The notes under the pieces were generated by a model, which was given only the letters and a program-made list of their open reading frames with translations, searched no databases and was not told the DNA's origin. Below, in pieces: positions 53,692 to 63,992 of a DNA stretch of 64,000 nucleotides (its first letter is position 1; every line of letters starts with the position of its first letter). This DNA is from Desulfobacterales bacterium (lineage in GTDB: Bacteria; Desulfobacterota; Desulfobacteria; Desulfobacterales; SG8-13). The stretch is from NCBI GenBank assembly GCA_051155755.1, contig DAXETY010000042.1, forward strand, positions 20,367 to 84,366. The letters run 5' to 3'. Made by a program: the position numbers and the translations under genes.

Positions 53692-53823
53692 CTTCGGAGC
53701 TTCCTGCGCCCAAGACCGCGCATTGCCGCGCGGGGAGGTCCGGTATTGCACCGCGGCCGCCTGCGACGGCCCATCAAAGCGGCGTCGTCACGAATGCCGC
53801 TTCATCTGTAGGAGTCTAAATCA

Positions 53824-55902
53824 ATGGAAATATCACTCAACGCTGACCTCAGCGGCAAGACGCTGAGCATTCAAACCGGCCGGTTGGCCAAACAGGCTTC
53901 CGGGGCGGTCGTAGTCCGATATGCCGACACGGTCGTGCTGGTGACGGCGGTGGCTTCCACGGAAGAACGGCAAGCCGACTTTCTGCCCCTCACCGTGGAG
54001 TACCAGGAAAAAATCTATGCCGCCGGTCGAATTCCGGGAAACTATTTTCGCCGTGAAATCGGGCGTCCCAGCGAAAAAGAGACGCTGACCGCCCGCCTGA
54101 TCGACCGTCCCATTCGTCCCCTGTTCCCGAAGGGCTGGCGATTCGAAACACAGGTGATCGCCACGGTACTTTCCATGGACCAGGAGAACGATCCCGACAC
54201 CCTGGCCATGATCGGCGCGTCGGCCGCGTTGGAGCTGTCCGACATCCCGTTTGCCGGTCCCATCGCCTGTGTGCGGGTCGGCCGCATCGACGGCACGCTG
54301 CAAATTAATCCCAGGATCAGCGAGCTGGAAAACTCCGACCTCAACCTCATCGTGGCCGGCTCGAAGACCGGCATCGTGATGGTGGAAGGCGGCGGCGACA
54401 TCGTCAGTGAAGCCGATATGCTGGAGGCGATTCACTTTGCCCACCAGGAGATGCAGCCCATCATTTCGATTCAGGAAAAACTCCGGGATGCAACCGGCAA
54501 ACCCAAGCGGTCCTTCGCGCCGCCGGTTCAAGACACGGAATTGGCCGCCAAGGTGACAGCCGAGCTTCGACCCCGATTGCGGGAAGCCGTCACCGTGCCG
54601 GCCAAAATCGAGCGCCGCGTCGCGCTGCGCAACCTGAAAGACGAATACCTGGCCGGTCTGGAAGAAGACCTGGCTGCGCGGGCCGACGAAATTTCGGCAA
54701 TCATTTCCGAACTGCAGAAAACCGTCAGCAGGGAGCTGATCCTGGAGGAAGGTCGTCGGATCGACGGCCGCAAGTTCGACGAAGTCCGGCCGATCACCTG
54801 TGAAGTCGGCATGCTGCCGCGCCCGCACGGCAGCGCCCTTTTCACCCGGGGCGAGACCCAGGTGCTCGGGGTGTTGACGCTCGGCTCCGGACAGGACGAG
54901 CAGCGGGTGGAAACCCTCAGCGGAGAAGAGTTTCGCCCGTTTATGCTCCATTATACCTTCCCGCCGTATTCGGTCGGTGAAACCCGGCGAATCAGCGGAC
55001 CCTCCCGCCGGGATATCGGCCACGGCGGCCTGTCGACCCGGGCACTCGAAAAAATCCTGCCTGACAAGGATGCTTTCGACTACACCATCCGCATCGTCTC
55101 CGAAGTGCTCGAGTCCAACGGTTCGTCCTCCATGGGAACCGTGTGCGCCGGCACGCTGGCCCTAATGGACGGCGGTGTGCCAATCAAGGCGCCGGTGGCC
55201 GGGATCGCCATGGGTCTGGTGAAAGAAGGCGACAAGGTCGTGGTGCTTTCCGACATCCTCGGCGACGAAGACCACACCGGAGACATGGACTTCAAAGTGG
55301 CCGGAACCAAAGACGGCATCACGGCCATCCAGATGGACATCAAAATCCTGGAGCTGCCCCGTGAGATTATGGCCAAGGCGCTGGAACAGGCCCGCAACGG
55401 CCGGAACTTCATTCTGGGCAAGATGATGGAGACCCTCAAGGAATCGCGGCAGGAGATTTCTCCCTATGCCCCCAAAGTGCTGACCATCAAGGTCAACCCC
55501 GATAAGATTCGCGAAATTATCGGACCGGGTGGCAAAGTGGTCCGATCCATTCAGAGCGAGACCAACACGCGGGTTGAAATCGATGACAGCGGACTGGTCA
55601 AAATCGCAGCCTTTTCTTCGGAGGAAGGCGAAAAAGCCCGGGAGATGATCAAGCAAATCGTCATGGAGCCGGAAGTGGGCGAAATCTACGAAGGCAAAGT
55701 GGTTCGAATTACCGATTTCGGCGCCTTCGTCCAGTTGACCCCCGGAACCGACGGCCTGGTGCACATTTCCCAATTGGCCAATCACCGCGTCAAAAAGGTG
55801 TCCGACGTGGTCAATGAAGGCGATGTCATCAAGGTCAAAGTTCTGGAAATCAGTCGGGACGGCAAAATCCGACTGAGCCACAAAGCGGTGGCGGATCAAT
55901 AA
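53824..55902 (+). CDS. pnp: Polyribonucleotide nucleotidyltransferase (PNPase)
   Basis: 692 aa with two RNase PH domains, KH ([11 protein letters not shown]) and S1 ([20 protein letters not shown]) domains. Confidence 0.95.
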   Translation: MEISLNADLSGKTLSIQTGRLAKQASGAVVVRYADTVVLVTAVASTEERQADFLPLTVEYQEKIYAAGRIPGNYFRREIGRPSEKETLTARLIDRPIRPLFPKGWRFETQVIATVLSMDQENDPDTLAMIGASAALELSDIPFAGPIACVRVGRIDGTLQINPRISELENSDLNLIVAGSKTGIVMVEGGGDIVSEADMLEAIHFAHQEMQPIISIQEKLRDATGKPKRSFAPPVQDTELAAKVTAELRPRLREAVTVPAKIERRVALRNLKDEYLAGLEEDLAARADEISAIISELQKTVSRELILEEGRRIDGRKFDEVRPITCEVGMLPRPHGSALFTRGETQVLGVLTLGSGQDEQRVETLSGEEFRPFMLHYTFPPYSVGETRRISGPSRRDIGHGGLSTRALEKILPDKDAFDYTIRIVSEVLESNGSSSMGTVCAGTLALMDGGVPIKAPVAGIAMGLVKEGDKVVVLSDILGDEDHTGDMDFKVAGTKDGITAIQMDIKILELPREIMAKALEQARNGRNFILGKMMETLKESRQEISPYAPKVLTIKVNPDKIREIIGPGGKVVRSIQSETNTRVEIDDSGLVKIAAFSSEEGEKAREMIKQIVMEPEVGEIYEGKVVRITDFGAFVQLTPGTDGLVHISQLANHRVKKVSDVVNEGDVIKVKVLEISRDGKIRLSHKAVADQ

Positions 55903-55905
55903 TCC

Positions 55906-57177
55906 ATGCAAGCCGATGCACGTCATAAAACCTTGCTGAGCAACGGGGTCCGCATCCTGACGCAGTCGATGCCGTATGTGCGCAGCGTCTCGATGGGTGT
56001 GTGGGTCAACGTCGGAGCTCGTGATGAGTCGATTTCCGAAAACGGGATCTCTCATATGATCGAGCATATGATTTTCAAGGGGACCCGCAAACGTTCCGCG
56101 TTTCAGATTGCCAAGGAGTTCGACGCCATCGGCGGCCACTCCAATGCCTTCACCAGTTTCGAGAACACCTGTTACCATGCCCGGGTTATGGACACCGAGC
56201 TGGAAACCATGGTCGATATTCTCAGCGACATTTTTCTCAATTCGGTGTTCGATGAACGCGAGGTGGAAAAAGAACGGCCGGTCATCTTTCAGGAAATCGG
56301 GATGGTGGAGGACAATCCGGAAGAATTCTTACACCTGCTGGCCGGCAGCGCCTACTGGGGCGACCATCCGCTGGGCCGGTCGATTCTCGGGACCCGGGAG
56401 AACATCCTGAGCTTTACCTCGGAACATATCCGCGATTTTTTCCGCCGTTCCTATCAGCCCAACCATATCGTGGTTTCCGCGGCCGGCAACATCGACCATT
56501 CCCACATCGTCGATCTTGTCGGCCCTGCTTTCTCCGTGGTGCCGTCCAGTGAAACCTTTCCCGGTCGGGAGACCCCGTCGGCCAATGCCGGAATCACCAC
56601 CCAGCATCGCGATCTGGAACAGGTGCACATTTGCCTGACAACGCCGGGGATTGCCATCACCGATTCCCGCCGCTACGCGTTTTCCTTGCTCAACACGATC
56701 TTAGGCGGCAACATGAGTTCCCGGTTGTTTCAGAAAGTGCGGGAGCACCGGGGCCTCGCTTACGCGGTGTATTCGTTCGTATCGTCTTACGAAGACACCG
56801 GCATGTTCGGTGCCTATGCCGGCGTTCAACCCGATAAAGCGGCGGAAGCTGTGGCGGTCATCGTGGAAGAAATGCGCGACATGACCCGAAGGCCCATCGA
56901 TACCGCCGATCTGTACGATGCCAAAAATTACACCAAAGGCAACCTGTTGCTGGCCTCCGAAAGCGTGGACAATCAAATGGTGCGTCTGGCCCAGAACGAA
57001 ATCAATTTCGGCCGCCACATTCCAATGCAGGAAGTCATCGACCAACTGGAAGCCGTCACTGCGGCAGAGGTTCAGGAAATTGCCGCGGCGCTGTTCGGCG
57101 ATCACAGTCTGGCACTGACCGCTCTGGGCCCCGTACCGCAGGCGGATGGCTTCGAATCGATCCTTTACCCATCCTGA
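55906..57177 (+). CDS. M16-family zinc peptidase (insulinase-like)
   Basis: The inverted zinc motif HxxEH is present as [14 protein letters not shown]. 423 aa. Confidence 0.85.
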   Translation: MQADARHKTLLSNGVRILTQSMPYVRSVSMGVWVNVGARDESISENGISHMIEHMIFKGTRKRSAFQIAKEFDAIGGHSNAFTSFENTCYHARVMDTELETMVDILSDIFLNSVFDEREVEKERPVIFQEIGMVEDNPEEFLHLLAGSAYWGDHPLGRSILGTRENILSFTSEHIRDFFRRSYQPNHIVVSAAGNIDHSHIVDLVGPAFSVVPSSETFPGRETPSANAGITTQHRDLEQVHICLTTPGIAITDSRRYAFSLLNTILGGNMSSRLFQKVREHRGLAYAVYSFVSSYEDTGMFGAYAGVQPDKAAEAVAVIVEEMRDMTRRPIDTADLYDAKNYTKGNLLLASESVDNQMVRLAQNEINFGRHIPMQEVIDQLEAVTAAEVQEIAAALFGDHSLALTALGPVPQADGFESILYPS

Positions 57178-57191
57178 AGCGACATATCGAG

Positions 57192-57650
57192 ATGACCGAT
57201 TGTCCCACGATCCGACTGAAACGGCTGCACCCCGAGCGGGATGCCGATATTCCCCTGCCGGCCTACATGACCTCGGGGGCTTCCGGCATGGACCTGGCCG
57301 CGGCCGTCGATGCGCCGGTCACCCTGGCGCCCGGAGACACCGCTCTGCTGCCCACCGGTTTTGCCATGGCGCTGCCCCAGGGGTACGAAGCACAGGTTCG
57401 CCCCCGCAGCGGCTTGGCGATTCAGCACGGCATCGGGCTGATCAATGCCCCGGGAACCATCGATGCGGATTACCGCGGCGAAATTAAAATCGCCCTGATC
57501 AACCTCGGCAAAAAAGAATTTACCGTTCACCGCGGCGACCGTATTGCCCAGATGGTGATCCAGCGGGTCTGCCGGCCCGGTCTGGCCCTGGTGGATTCCA
57601 TCGACGAGACCGATCGCAGCGCCGGGGGATTCGGGCATACAGGGACGTAA
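57192..57650 (+). CDS. dut: dUTP diphosphatase
   Basis: [36 protein letters not shown] and [10 protein letters not shown] are the five trimeric dUTPase motifs. Confidence 0.92.
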   Translation: MTDCPTIRLKRLHPERDADIPLPAYMTSGASGMDLAAAVDAPVTLAPGDTALLPTGFAMALPQGYEAQVRPRSGLAIQHGIGLINAPGTIDADYRGEIKIALINLGKKEFTVHRGDRIAQMVIQRVCRPGLALVDSIDETDRSAGGFGHTGT

Positions 57651-57670
57651 GATGCGGATCGGATCGTACA

Positions 57671-58483
57671 TTGCACTGCCTGCCCGACAACTGTGAAACC
57701 GTTGCTTCCGCGCCCCGAACCGCCGAGTTGTGTGTGCTGGCCAGCGGCAGCCGGGGCAACGCTGTTTATGTTTCCGACGGTCATCACGCCGTTTTGTTCG
57801 ACGCCGGTCTTTCGGGCCGCGAAATCGAGCGGCGGCTGCGAAGCCGCGGACTGCAGCCGGATTCGCTCCGCGCCATTGTCGTATCCCACGAACACAGTGA
57901 CCATGTTCAGGGAGTGGGGGTTCTGTCACGCCGCTGGCAACTGCCGGTTTACATCAGCCGCAAAACCGCCGCCGGCACTGCCGTCGGCCGGCTTCACCGC
58001 TGCGTTCACTTCGAATGCGGCACCAGCTTCCAAATCGACACCCTCCGCATCCACCCGTTTTCCCTGTCCCACGACGCGGCCGATCCCTCCGGTTTCACCA
58101 TCGAAGTAAACGGATGGAAAATCGGCATCGCCACCGATCTGGGGTGCGTTACCGCCATGGTCCGTCATCACCTGGCCGGTTGCCGGGCCCTGGTCCTGGA
58201 AGCCAACCACGACCCCGATATGCTGCTCACCGGCCCCTACCCCTGGCCGCTGAAGCAGCGCATCCGAAGTCGGACGGGACACCTTTCCAATTCGGACTGC
58301 GGCGTTTTGCTGGGTGAGCTGCGACACGAAGGTCTGCACCAGGTGGTGCTGGCCCATCTGAGTGAAACCAACAACACACCGGAAAAAGCCTTCCAGACCG
58401 TTGCCCCCTTTTTGGAGCATCCCCGCATACGGCTGAGTGTGGCGGTACAGAACCGCTGCGGCGAGCTGCTCAAAATTGATTAG
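57671..58483 (+). CDS. MBL-fold metallo-hydrolase
   Basis: VLASGSRGNAVYV...VVSHEHSDHVQG (HxHxDH) ...AHLS. The start codon is uncertain. Confidence 0.8.
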   Translation: MHCLPDNCETVASAPRTAELCVLASGSRGNAVYVSDGHHAVLFDAGLSGREIERRLRSRGLQPDSLRAIVVSHEHSDHVQGVGVLSRRWQLPVYISRKTAAGTAVGRLHRCVHFECGTSFQIDTLRIHPFSLSHDAADPSGFTIEVNGWKIGIATDLGCVTAMVRHHLAGCRALVLEANHDPDMLLTGPYPWPLKQRIRSRTGHLSNSDCGVLLGELRHEGLHQVVLAHLSETNNTPEKAFQTVAPFLEHPRIRLSVAVQNRCGELLKID

Positions 58484-58669
58484 CGCATTGAACGTTCGGG
58501 ATCGATGACCTTCCCTTGCAATCACCCATTCCGGCCGGGGGCACCGACTTTCATGGTTTCAATCTTGGACGGAGGAGCGCGAGCCGCATCTTTTGACTTG
58601 CATCAATCCCATTTCGAAAATTTCGTGCGATCCTGTGATGAAATCCGGTCGGAAAGGAGTGATCGATTC

Positions 58670-59491
58670 ATGCAGTGGAATCCGGAAGCCGAAGCGGCGG
58701 TGAAAAAAGTGCCGTTTTTCGTGCGCAAAAAGGTCCGGGCGCGGGTGGAAAAAGAAGCGCGGGAGGCCGGGAAAAAACGCGTTACGCTGGCCGATGTGCG
58801 CGCTACCCAACAGCGCTATCTGAATGGCGGTATGGAAAAAGAAATCCGCGGCTATCGGATGGAGACGTGTTTTGGCCCCGGTGGTTGTCCCAACCGGGCG
58901 ATCGGCGGCAACCGCCTGGCCGAAGACCTTGAGACGCTGTTGCAGCGCGCCGATCTGCTGGATTTTCTGAAACAGTCCGTGCCCGGCGCCCTGAAGTTCC
59001 ATCATGAATTCCGGGTCACCCTGGCCGACTGCCCTAACGCCTGCTCACAGCCGCAAATCAAAGACGTCGGCATCATCGCAGCCGCGGTACCGCACGTCAG
59101 CGAGCCTGCCTGCTCAGGGTGTGAAGACTGCATCCGCGAATGTCGCGAAGGGGCAATCGAACTGGCCGAAAATCCGGTGGGTCCGGTCATCGATTTTCAG
59201 CGCTGCGTGGCCTGTGGACGATGCACGGCGGTGTGTCCGACCGGAGCGCTGGCGGAAGACCGCCGTGGCTACCGGGTGCAGCTGGGCGGCAAGCTCGGCC
59301 GTCATCCGCGCCTGGCCCGGGAGCTGCCGGAAATCTATACCGCCAGCCAGGTGCTGTCCATCGTCGGGGACTGCCTGAGACTTTACAAACAGAAGAGCAC
59401 CGGCGGGCGACGGTTTGCCGAAGTTTTCAGCGACGCGGACTTCGAAGCCTTCTGCCGCAAATATCCGGCCACTACGGTGGTGCGTTCCTAA
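58670..59491 (+). CDS. Small sulfite/nitrite-reductase-like Fe-S protein with an N-terminal PCP_red domain and a ferredoxin insert
   Basis: About 273 aa from the ATG at 58670 (RBS GAAAGGAG). WNPEAEAAVKKVPFFVRKKVRARVEKEAR resembles the ChlB/BchB C-terminal PCP_red domain. CFGPGGC (Cx5C) and CPNAC (Cx3C) match the siroheme-[4Fe-4S] ligand spacing. CSGCEDCIREC and CVACGRCTAVCP are two ferredoxin motifs. Confidence 0.7.
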   Translation: MQWNPEAEAAVKKVPFFVRKKVRARVEKEAREAGKKRVTLADVRATQQRYLNGGMEKEIRGYRMETCFGPGGCPNRAIGGNRLAEDLETLLQRADLLDFLKQSVPGALKFHHEFRVTLADCPNACSQPQIKDVGIIAAAVPHVSEPACSGCEDCIRECREGAIELAENPVGPVIDFQRCVACGRCTAVCPTGALAEDRRGYRVQLGGKLGRHPRLARELPEIYTASQVLSIVGDCLRLYKQKSTGGRRFAEVFSDADFEAFCRKYPATTVVRS

Positions 59492-59515
59492 AAGGGGGGG
59501 GGTCCGGTTGGACAC

Positions 59516-60379
59516 CTACCAGGGCCAGTGTCTCTCCAAATAGTTCAGACTCGGCCGGAGGGAATCTTCCGCGTGAGGCTCCAGGGTAACGACCGGTGGG
59601 GTGGGATGGATCCGGCGCAGGTGTTTGAGCAGCATCGGAAAATCGATGTTGCCCGTGCCCAGGGCGGTGTGCTCGTCACGGGCGCCCCGATTGTCATGGA
59701 GGTGCAGCTGGCCGACGGTTGGGCCGAGCACATCCAGCCAGCGCGACAACGGGGCTTTCGAAAAGGCGTTCTGGTGGCCGCTGTCCAGACAGAAGCCCAC
59801 GTGGGATTCGGCCAGTGCTTCGAGCAGGACGGCGATCTCCTCGGGGATTTCTTCATACACATTTTCCAGCATCAACCGACAGCCGCGATCGTAGAGGGCG
59901 GCGCCGAATTCCGACCAGGTTGCGATGCTGTGTTCCAGCCAGGCCTTCTGCAGGAATCCGTAGCGCCGCCGGTCATAGCCGGCGTGGCAGACGATCGTGC
60001 GGGGGCGAAACAAGGGCACCAGTTCCAGGACCTGGCCCAGCCGCGCCGCCGTCACCCGCCGAATTTGCGGATCCACCGATCCGGCCGAAAGATCGATAAA
60101 GGGACCGTGCAGGGTAACGGCAACCTGGTTTTCACGCAGCCGGTCGGCCATGGCGGCAAAGTCCCGGCGGGAGAACCGATCCAGGGCGGCGGCATCGATC
60201 CCGATTTCCGGGTTCAACCGGTTGCCAATGAACACGTCGGCATAGCGATCCCACAACATGGTAAACGGAATGTTGACCTGCACCCGCCGCACGATCGGCG
60301 GCAACGCATGGGGCGCAGAAAGTCTCGAACCGTTTGAGTCGGCTATATTCATTTGTTTAACAGCCTCATGAACGCACAA
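59516..60379 (-). CDS. Xylose-isomerase-like TIM-barrel protein (sugar phosphate isomerase/epimerase, AP endonuclease 2 superfamily)
   Basis: 287 aa. HGPFIDL...VCHAGY...MLENVYE...CLDSGHQN...LHLHDN shows the metal-ligand pattern of this superfamily. Confidence 0.7.
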   Translation of the reverse strand: MCVHEAVKQMNIADSNGSRLSAPHALPPIVRRVQVNIPFTMLWDRYADVFIGNRLNPEIGIDAAALDRFSRRDFAAMADRLRENQVAVTLHGPFIDLSAGSVDPQIRRVTAARLGQVLELVPLFRPRTIVCHAGYDRRRYGFLQKAWLEHSIATWSEFGAALYDRGCRLMLENVYEEIPEEIAVLLEALAESHVGFCLDSGHQNAFSKAPLSRWLDVLGPTVGQLHLHDNRGARDEHTALGTGNIDFPMLLKHLRRIHPTPPVVTLEPHAEDSLRPSLNYLERHWPW

Positions 60380-60434
60380 GACTTGCTGAGTCTAAACTGG
60401 ATGAAAATATCACGGAAAATGATTCCATGCGCCC

Positions 60435-60474
60435 GAACCAATGGAACCAATCAGACCAATCAAACCAATGAAAC
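60435..60474 (-). repeat. 9-bp-periodic tandem array (ATTGGTTY family), locus D
   Basis: The plus strand reads GAACCAATG GAACCAATC AGACCAATC AAACCAATG AAAC. On the minus-strand transcript this is ATTGGTTY repeats starting 10 nt after the stop of the ATP-grasp-like gene. Confidence 0.8.
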
Positions 60475-60483
60475 TTGATTTGT

Positions 60484-61317
60484 TTATTTCAGTCCGTGGC
60501 TGCGCAGCCACGCCCGAATCTCTTCCAGCAGCACATCGTAATAGGCCTCCGATCCGCCCAGACCGCGGCGGCCGAAATACCAGTTGATCTCCAGAAACAG
60601 CGGCTTTTTGCCGCCTTCTTCGAAAAGCAGATCGAAGCCGGCCAGATCGATCCCGGTGCGACGGCAAAAGCGATCCACCGCTGCGGCACCGGCCTGTTGC
60701 AAATCGCGATCGCTGGCGCAGTCGATCCAGGCCCCCCGGGAAACCGCGCTGTGAAAGGCGCCGACATCGCTGCCCACCCGCCAGTAGGTGTAACGACGAC
60801 GGCCGATCACCGCCACGCGCAGGGACCGATGCCCGCAGGCGACCCATCGTTGCAGCAGGAAGCCTTTCTGATCGGCACGTTCCAAATCGGCGGTCCGCTG
60901 CAACATTGCATCGAGAGCCGCGCGGGTTTCCAGGCGAAATACCGTGTCGCCTTCCCCGCCCCAGTCGAACTTGAATACCAGCGGAAATTCGAAATCCAGT
61001 GCCGGTGATCGGCCAAGCCGATGCCGGTGATAGTCCCGCAAATCCGAAAACAGCCGACTGGTCGGATGCGGGATGCCGGTTTCCCGAAAGAGCCGAATCT
61101 GTCCGGTTTTGCCCGGATATAGAAACCGCATCCTGTAATTCGGAAACACCCTGGGGCAGTGGCGGTGTGCCATCCAATACAGATCGGCGCGGCAGCCCTG
61201 CGGCAGAATCACCGCATCGGCTGCCTGGATCGCGGACCGTTCATGCGGACCGGGGGTGCGTCCGGCGCAATTGATATCGCAGTCGCCTTCAAACAGCGGA
61301 TGAAAAGATACAATCAT
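60484..61317 (-). CDS. ATP-grasp-like protein (RimK/glutathione-synthetase-like fold, tentative)
   Basis: About 277 aa from the ATG at 61317. FPLVFKFDWGGEGDTVF...GFLLQRWV...LRVAVIG...IDLAGFDLLFEE...PLFLEINW resembles ATP-grasp nucleotide-binding and C-terminal E-x-N motifs. Confidence 0.55.
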   Translation of the reverse strand: MIVSFHPLFEGDCDINCAGRTPGPHERSAIQAADAVILPQGCRADLYWMAHRHCPRVFPNYRMRFLYPGKTGQIRLFRETGIPHPTSRLFSDLRDYHRHRLGRSPALDFEFPLVFKFDWGGEGDTVFRLETRAALDAMLQRTADLERADQKGFLLQRWVACGHRSLRVAVIGRRRYTYWRVGSDVGAFHSAVSRGAWIDCASDRDLQQAGAAAVDRFCRRTGIDLAGFDLLFEEGGKKPLFLEINWYFGRRGLGGSEAYYDVLLEEIRAWLRSHGLK

Positions 61318-61324
61318 GCTTTGT

Positions 61325-62248
61325 TCAGTAGCCGAACCGGCGCAGTGCCCGGGTGTCCCGGCTCCAGTTTTTCTGCACCCGCACAAACAGCTCCAGAAAA
61401 ACGGCGGCGCCCAGAAACTGTTCGATTTCCTCCCGGGCCAGCGTGCCGATGGCTTTTAATTTGCTACCGCCCTTGCCGATGAGAATTCCTTTCTGAGAGC
61501 CTTTTTCTACATGGATCACAGCGTGAATGCGAACCCGGCCGCCGTCTTTTTCCTCCTTGAAAGACTCCACCGTCACGGCAACGGCATAGGGGATTTCCTC
61601 GCCCGTCAGGCGGAAGACTTTTTCGCGGATCAATTCCGCCACGATAAAACGCTCGGGTACGTCGGTGAGGGCATCCTCCGGAAAAAAGGGGTGTCCCTTG
61701 GGTAAAAGGTTTTCCATGGCCGCCAGAAGCCGATCGACCTGGGTGCCTTCCAGTGCGGAAACCGGGACCAGTGCTTCGAACGGATAAACGGTGGCCCAGT
61801 GATCGATTACGGCGAGCAGTTTGGATTTTTCGATCCGGTCGATCTTATTCAGCGCAAGAACGGTCGGTTTTTTGCGTTCCTGGATGTTGCGGATCATCAA
61901 CGCTTCGGCGGCCGGATCCGGCCGGACGACATCGATCAGGAACAGCACCAGATCCACCTCTGCCAGCAAACTCAGGGCGGTTTCCACGATCCGCACATTA
62001 AGGGGCTGATGGGCCTTGTGCACTCCGGGCGTGTCGATGAATACCATCTGGGCGGCGGGGCGGTGGACGATGCCGAGAATCCGGTTGCGGGTGGTTTGCG
62101 GCTTTCGGGAGGTGATGGAAATTTTCTGCCCCAGGATGCGGTTGAGCAGGGTCGATTTTCCCACATTGGGCGCGCCGATAATGGCGATATAGCCGGAGCG
62201 GAAGTCTTCCGGCATGTGATGGGGGGGGGCGACGCTCATGGATATCAC
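61325..62248 (-). CDS. era: GTPase Era
   Basis: GYIAIIGAPNVGKSTLLN, DTPG, NKID and a C-terminal KH domain (VIHVEKGSQKGILIGKGGSKLK). Confidence 0.93.
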   Translation of the reverse strand: MISMSVAPPHHMPEDFRSGYIAIIGAPNVGKSTLLNRILGQKISITSRKPQTTRNRILGIVHRPAAQMVFIDTPGVHKAHQPLNVRIVETALSLLAEVDLVLFLIDVVRPDPAAEALMIRNIQERKKPTVLALNKIDRIEKSKLLAVIDHWATVYPFEALVPVSALEGTQVDRLLAAMENLLPKGHPFFPEDALTDVPERFIVAELIREKVFRLTGEEIPYAVAVTVESFKEEKDGGRVRIHAVIHVEKGSQKGILIGKGGSKLKAIGTLAREEIEQFLGAAVFLELFVRVQKNWSRDTRALRRFGY

Positions 62249-62850
62249 ACTCCGGCTGCGGTAAACACGTCCGGAACCAGCCGTCCGATGGCCTCCCAGA
62301 CCGCTTCACGCCCCTGGCGGGTGCGGGCGGAAAACAGCGCCAGGGAATCACTGGCCGTCGACAGCTGATCGGCAATTTTCTGCTGTCGCACCGCTCGGTG
62401 CATTTTCGAAAGCTTGTCGATCTTGGTGAGGACCCACACGGTGGAAATATGATGCTGCCGCAGCCAGGCTGCAAGTGCGGTCTCTTCGACTTTGGGGTCG
62501 CGTCGAATATCTAAAATGACCACCAGTCCGGCCAGAACCGAGCGCGTGGTAATGTAAGTTTCGATCATCGGCGCCCAGCGCCTGCGAACCGCTTCGGGAA
62601 CTTTGGCGTATCCGTAGCCGGGGATGTCGACGAACATCAGCCGCTGGTTGATCCGGTAAAAATTGATCAACTGCGTGCGCCCGGGGCTGCTGCTGGTGCG
62701 GGCCAGATGTTTGCGGTTCACCAGGGTGTTGATCAACGAAGATTTGCCCACGTTGGACCTGCCGGCAAAAGCGATTTCAGGCAATTCGGGGGGCGGATAC
62801 TGAGAAGGTGCGGTGGCGCTTTTGACAAATTCGGCCGAGGTGATTTTCAC
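62245..62850 (-). CDS. engB: Ribosome biogenesis GTP-binding protein YihA/EngB
   Basis: EIAFAGRSNVGKSSLINTL...PGRTQLINFY...DIPGYGYAKV...TKIDK. Confidence 0.9.
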   Translation of the reverse strand: MKITSAEFVKSATAPSQYPPPELPEIAFAGRSNVGKSSLINTLVNRKHLARTSSSPGRTQLINFYRINQRLMFVDIPGYGYAKVPEAVRRRWAPMIETYITTRSVLAGLVVILDIRRDPKVEETALAAWLRQHHISTVWVLTKIDKLSKMHRAVRQQKIADQLSTASDSLALFSARTRQGREAVWEAIGRLVPDVFTAAGV

Positions 62851-63992
62851 TTGAACTCGCTTTGCAGATAGCGCTCCAGCCGGTTGATGCCTTCGGCGAT
62901 ATTCTCCATGGAATTGGCATAGGAAAAACGCAGGTATCCTTCCCCGTTGGGACCGAAGTCAACTCCGGGTGTCACGCCCACGTGGGCTTTTTCCAGAATA
63001 TCGAAGGCCAGATCATAGGAATTTTCCGAAAAATGACGTGCATTGGCGAACACGTAGAAAGCGCCGGTGGGCTCCACGGTGATGCCGAAGCCGATTTCCC
63101 TGAGGCGTCGGATCATGAAACGGCGGCGCTGGTCATAGGTTTGCTTCATGCGTGCCACGTCTTCGGCGGCTTCTTTCAAGGCCGTCAGGCCGGCTCTTTG
63201 AACCATGGCATTGGCCGAGATGAAAAAATTCTGGTGAATCTTCTGCATCGGCCGAATGAACGGCAGCGGCGCGATCACGTAACCGAGGCGCAGCCCCGTC
63301 ATGGCAAACAGCTTCGAAAAGCCGTTGAAAACGATGGCCCGGTCACTGAACTCCAGCATCGAATGCTCTTGGCCTTCATACACCAGGCCGTGGTAAATTT
63401 CATCGGAGACCACCCAGGTGTCCAGACCGGCGATCTCCTGCATGCGGTCGGCCGACAGCAGGTTGCCGGTGGGATTGGACGGAGAATTGATGAAAACCGC
63501 TTTGGTTTTCGGGGTCATCTGCTTTCGAATGGCTTCGGGCCGCAGCTGGAAGCCGTCTTCCTCGTAAACCTTTACCCGCACCGGGACGCCTTCCAGAAAA
63601 CGGATGAAGTTGGGGTAACAGGCGTAGTGGGGATCGGAGATGATCACCTCGTCGCCCGGATCCAGCAGGGCCGCAAACAGCAGAAACATGGCCGGCGAGG
63701 TGCCGGCTGTCACCAGCACCCGATCCGGGGTCACCGAAACCCCATAGCGCCGGTTGTAATCGTCACAAATGGCTTCGCGGAGCTCGTATATCCCGAGACT
63801 GTGCGTGTAGTGGGTGTGACCCTCCTCCAGGGCCCGGCAGACGGCATTTTTGACGCAGGCCGGGGTGTCGAAATCCGGTTCGCCAACTTCCAGGTGAACG
63901 ATATCGACGCCGGAACGTTCCAATTCGTTGGCTCGCTCCAGCACGTCCATGACGATGAAGGGGGTGATGTTTTGGGCGCGCTTGGCAATCAT
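62847..63992 (-). CDS. Pyridoxal-phosphate-dependent aminotransferase, class I/II (aspartate aminotransferase-like)
   Basis: 381 aa. LEVGEPDFDTP, INSPSNPTG and NGFSKLFAMTGLRLGY (PLP lysine motif SK). Confidence 0.88.
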   Translation of the reverse strand: MIAKRAQNITPFIVMDVLERANELERSGVDIVHLEVGEPDFDTPACVKNAVCRALEEGHTHYTHSLGIYELREAICDDYNRRYGVSVTPDRVLVTAGTSPAMFLLFAALLDPGDEVIISDPHYACYPNFIRFLEGVPVRVKVYEEDGFQLRPEAIRKQMTPKTKAVFINSPSNPTGNLLSADRMQEIAGLDTWVVSDEIYHGLVYEGQEHSMLEFSDRAIVFNGFSKLFAMTGLRLGYVIAPLPFIRPMQKIHQNFFISANAMVQRAGLTALKEAAEDVARMKQTYDQRRRFMIRRLREIGFGITVEPTGAFYVFANARHFSENSYDLAFDILEKAHVGVTPGVDFGPNGEGYLRFSYANSMENIAEGINRLERYLQSEFK

